Assembly: GCA_965649825.1 (NCBI GenBank)
Contig: OZ287708.1
Coordinates: 89,101-153,100, forward strand
Source of the DNA: Penicillus capitatus
Lineage: Eukaryota > Plantae > Chlorophyta
DNA length: 64,000 nucleotides
Direction of reading: 5' to 3'
Both the position numbers and the translations under genes were made by a program. The notes beneath the pieces are model-generated. The model ran no database searches. It saw nothing but the letters and a program-made list of their open reading frames with translations, and was not told the DNA's origin. Positions 62,426 through 64,000 of the stretch are shown here, piece by piece. Position 1 is the stretch's first letter. Every line of letters starts with the position of its first letter.

Positions 62426-64000
62426 AATTGGCGGCGCTTCGCTGACGTGCATGCAAGTAGACGTCGTGACAGTCATGACCAATTTCGTTTTCCATTCGTT
62501 TTCCTTTCTGCTGCTTGCCGTCCGCGACCGGCAGCGTGCATTGATTCTTGACTCTTGTGATGGAGGGCTGGGTCAAAAACATATCATTGGACCTATTATG
62601 AAGTGGGGATGTGTCGAGGGAAAATGATATAGTGTTCCACGAAATCAAGCCAGGTGGACGCATATGTTCTCTGAACCCCTTGACGGACTGCAGCGTTAAA
62701 TATGCGTTCATCTTTCGCTTCTCTTTCACAAGTGTTCGTGTCGGGTCTCGATTTCATTTCATAGAGTCCACAAGATCTCGGGAATTTGCATATTCTTCGA
62801 TCCTTGGCTGATGCAGTTAGGCACTCCTTCGCTGAATGGGATACTGGTTGAGGATTCGGGACCTTTTGGCTTTGGGATTCGCGAATTGTAAAAGCGAATG
62901 CCTAAGAAATGTGGATCTCTCCAGTCGGAAGCGCGCCAAAACCCACACCGTCCAGAGCTATGTTCTCTGTCCTACCGACCGCTGAGCTATCTCAATGCCG
63001 TCAGCAGTGACGACAACAAACACGACATCGATCCATTGACATTTCAATCTCGAAGCAAAGCATACGGGATGCACGATCTTGCAAAAAGAGACAGGCGCGA
63101 TCCGACTGAGGAAAACCGTTCCCCGTTATCTATTGTGCCTACTGCTCTCGGATCGTTCAAGGTGGAAAGCTGCATACATCTTGTGTCGTGAAGAGGGATC
63201 ATTGGAAAGGGCAATCGCGTCTGTCGTTTGTTTTGCCGTCAGAGATATCCTTGAAAGAGCCTTTTCGTTGTACGTGTCGACATTTTTAAACAAATGACGG
63301 CGAGAAATTGAGCGGATCATTCGCCACGATGCATAACGATCTGTGATGCTCACCGCACTGAGTCATCATGCCATCTATCCCCTCTGACTCCATAGCTGAG
63401 ATGTGTGCCGGTTTCGCTTACCAGTTTTCATCTTGCTTCTCCATGCAGCAGCCATTACTGCTCCCTTGATATGCTTTGTGCTGTCTGTCAGATCGCCGAG
63501 AGTTGCTGACGCCGAGATTCGTATCTAGACTGAAATTGAAAACTGCATTCGGTTGTCGCGTGCATCGAGTTCCTATGCATCGATGTCTGGATGTGCGAGC
63601 GATCCTTCAGTTGGCACAGTCTATGACAGCCAGCTCCTGCATGCTCTAAGACTGCGAAGTTGTTCTTGATGTTGTGTATTGTGAAGTACAATTGACATAC
63701 CGTGTGCATTCTGACGCTGTGTTCCTGATTGTTTGTATAGAATCCGACACGCACATATTGAACGTTGACGTCACACATAATTATACCATACACACTTTGT
63801 AAACGTCGACAACACTTTAATCAGAACTGAACTCGATCACAGTGGTGGTGTGACGCTCTCTCACTCGCGAGCACACGTCGTCATCTCTGTACGGCAAGAT
63901 AGGTTGGCGGCGCCGCCATGCTGCATTCTATTCTGCGCAGGCAATCTCCATCTGAGATAAACGCGCTGACAGCTGAAGTTCCTGAAAAATCGTCCAGTGC

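Noticed and set aside
62500-63920. Possible multi-exon gene on the minus strand at the window end
   Set aside because: Some GT-AG pairs at ~50-nt spacing exist, but I could not assemble a consistent frame or recognise a domain. Left unresolved.
1-64000. Possible TAA/TAG = Gln reassignment as in some ulvophytes
   Set aside because: Conserved genes end at TAA or TAG where expected (HAS1, PF20), and long coding exons contain no in-frame TAA/TAG.
1-64000. CRISPR arrays, rRNA, tRNA or telomeric repeats
   Set aside because: None seen on either strand. The 15-nt 18S-like match at 6927-6941 is a snoRNA guide, not an rRNA gene.

Overview
Compact, gene-dense eukaryotic nuclear DNA using the standard genetic code. 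Most introns I could trace by hand are 43-73 nt. Flavodiiron, CBM20, NHR2-like and PF20 genes point to a green alga with a flagellated stage; a siphonous ulvophyte (Bryopsidales) is plausible but is inference. From 0 to 39 kb the genes are mostly housekeeping or ciliary: an atypical MAPK-like kinase, RPL23A (hosting two tandem C/D snoRNAs in an oversized 270-nt intron), UFD1, an NHR2-like gene, a giant Sfi1-repeat protein, FlvA, a CBM20 protein, HAS1/DDX18, a degenerate TTLL12 and several unknowns. From 39 to 57 kb lies a gene-sparse block that looks like an innate-immune or sensing locus with three members. (1) An N-acylated STAND/NLR-like gene: MGCxxSK - SAM - MLKL-like four-helix bundle - EF-like - NB-ARC - TPR. 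(2) A non-RD receptor kinase whose ectodomain is a calcium-channel alpha2delta-like dCache/vWA module with an intact amino-acid-binding motif, followed by a C-type lectin domain. (3) An inverted, apparently secreted, kinase-less paralog sharing a near-identical ~1.7-kb core with the receptor. The window ends with PF20/SPAG16, a C1orf109/CINP-like gene and a SAMHD1/VEN4-like dNTPase. All exon structures and family assignments were made by eye, with no database searches.
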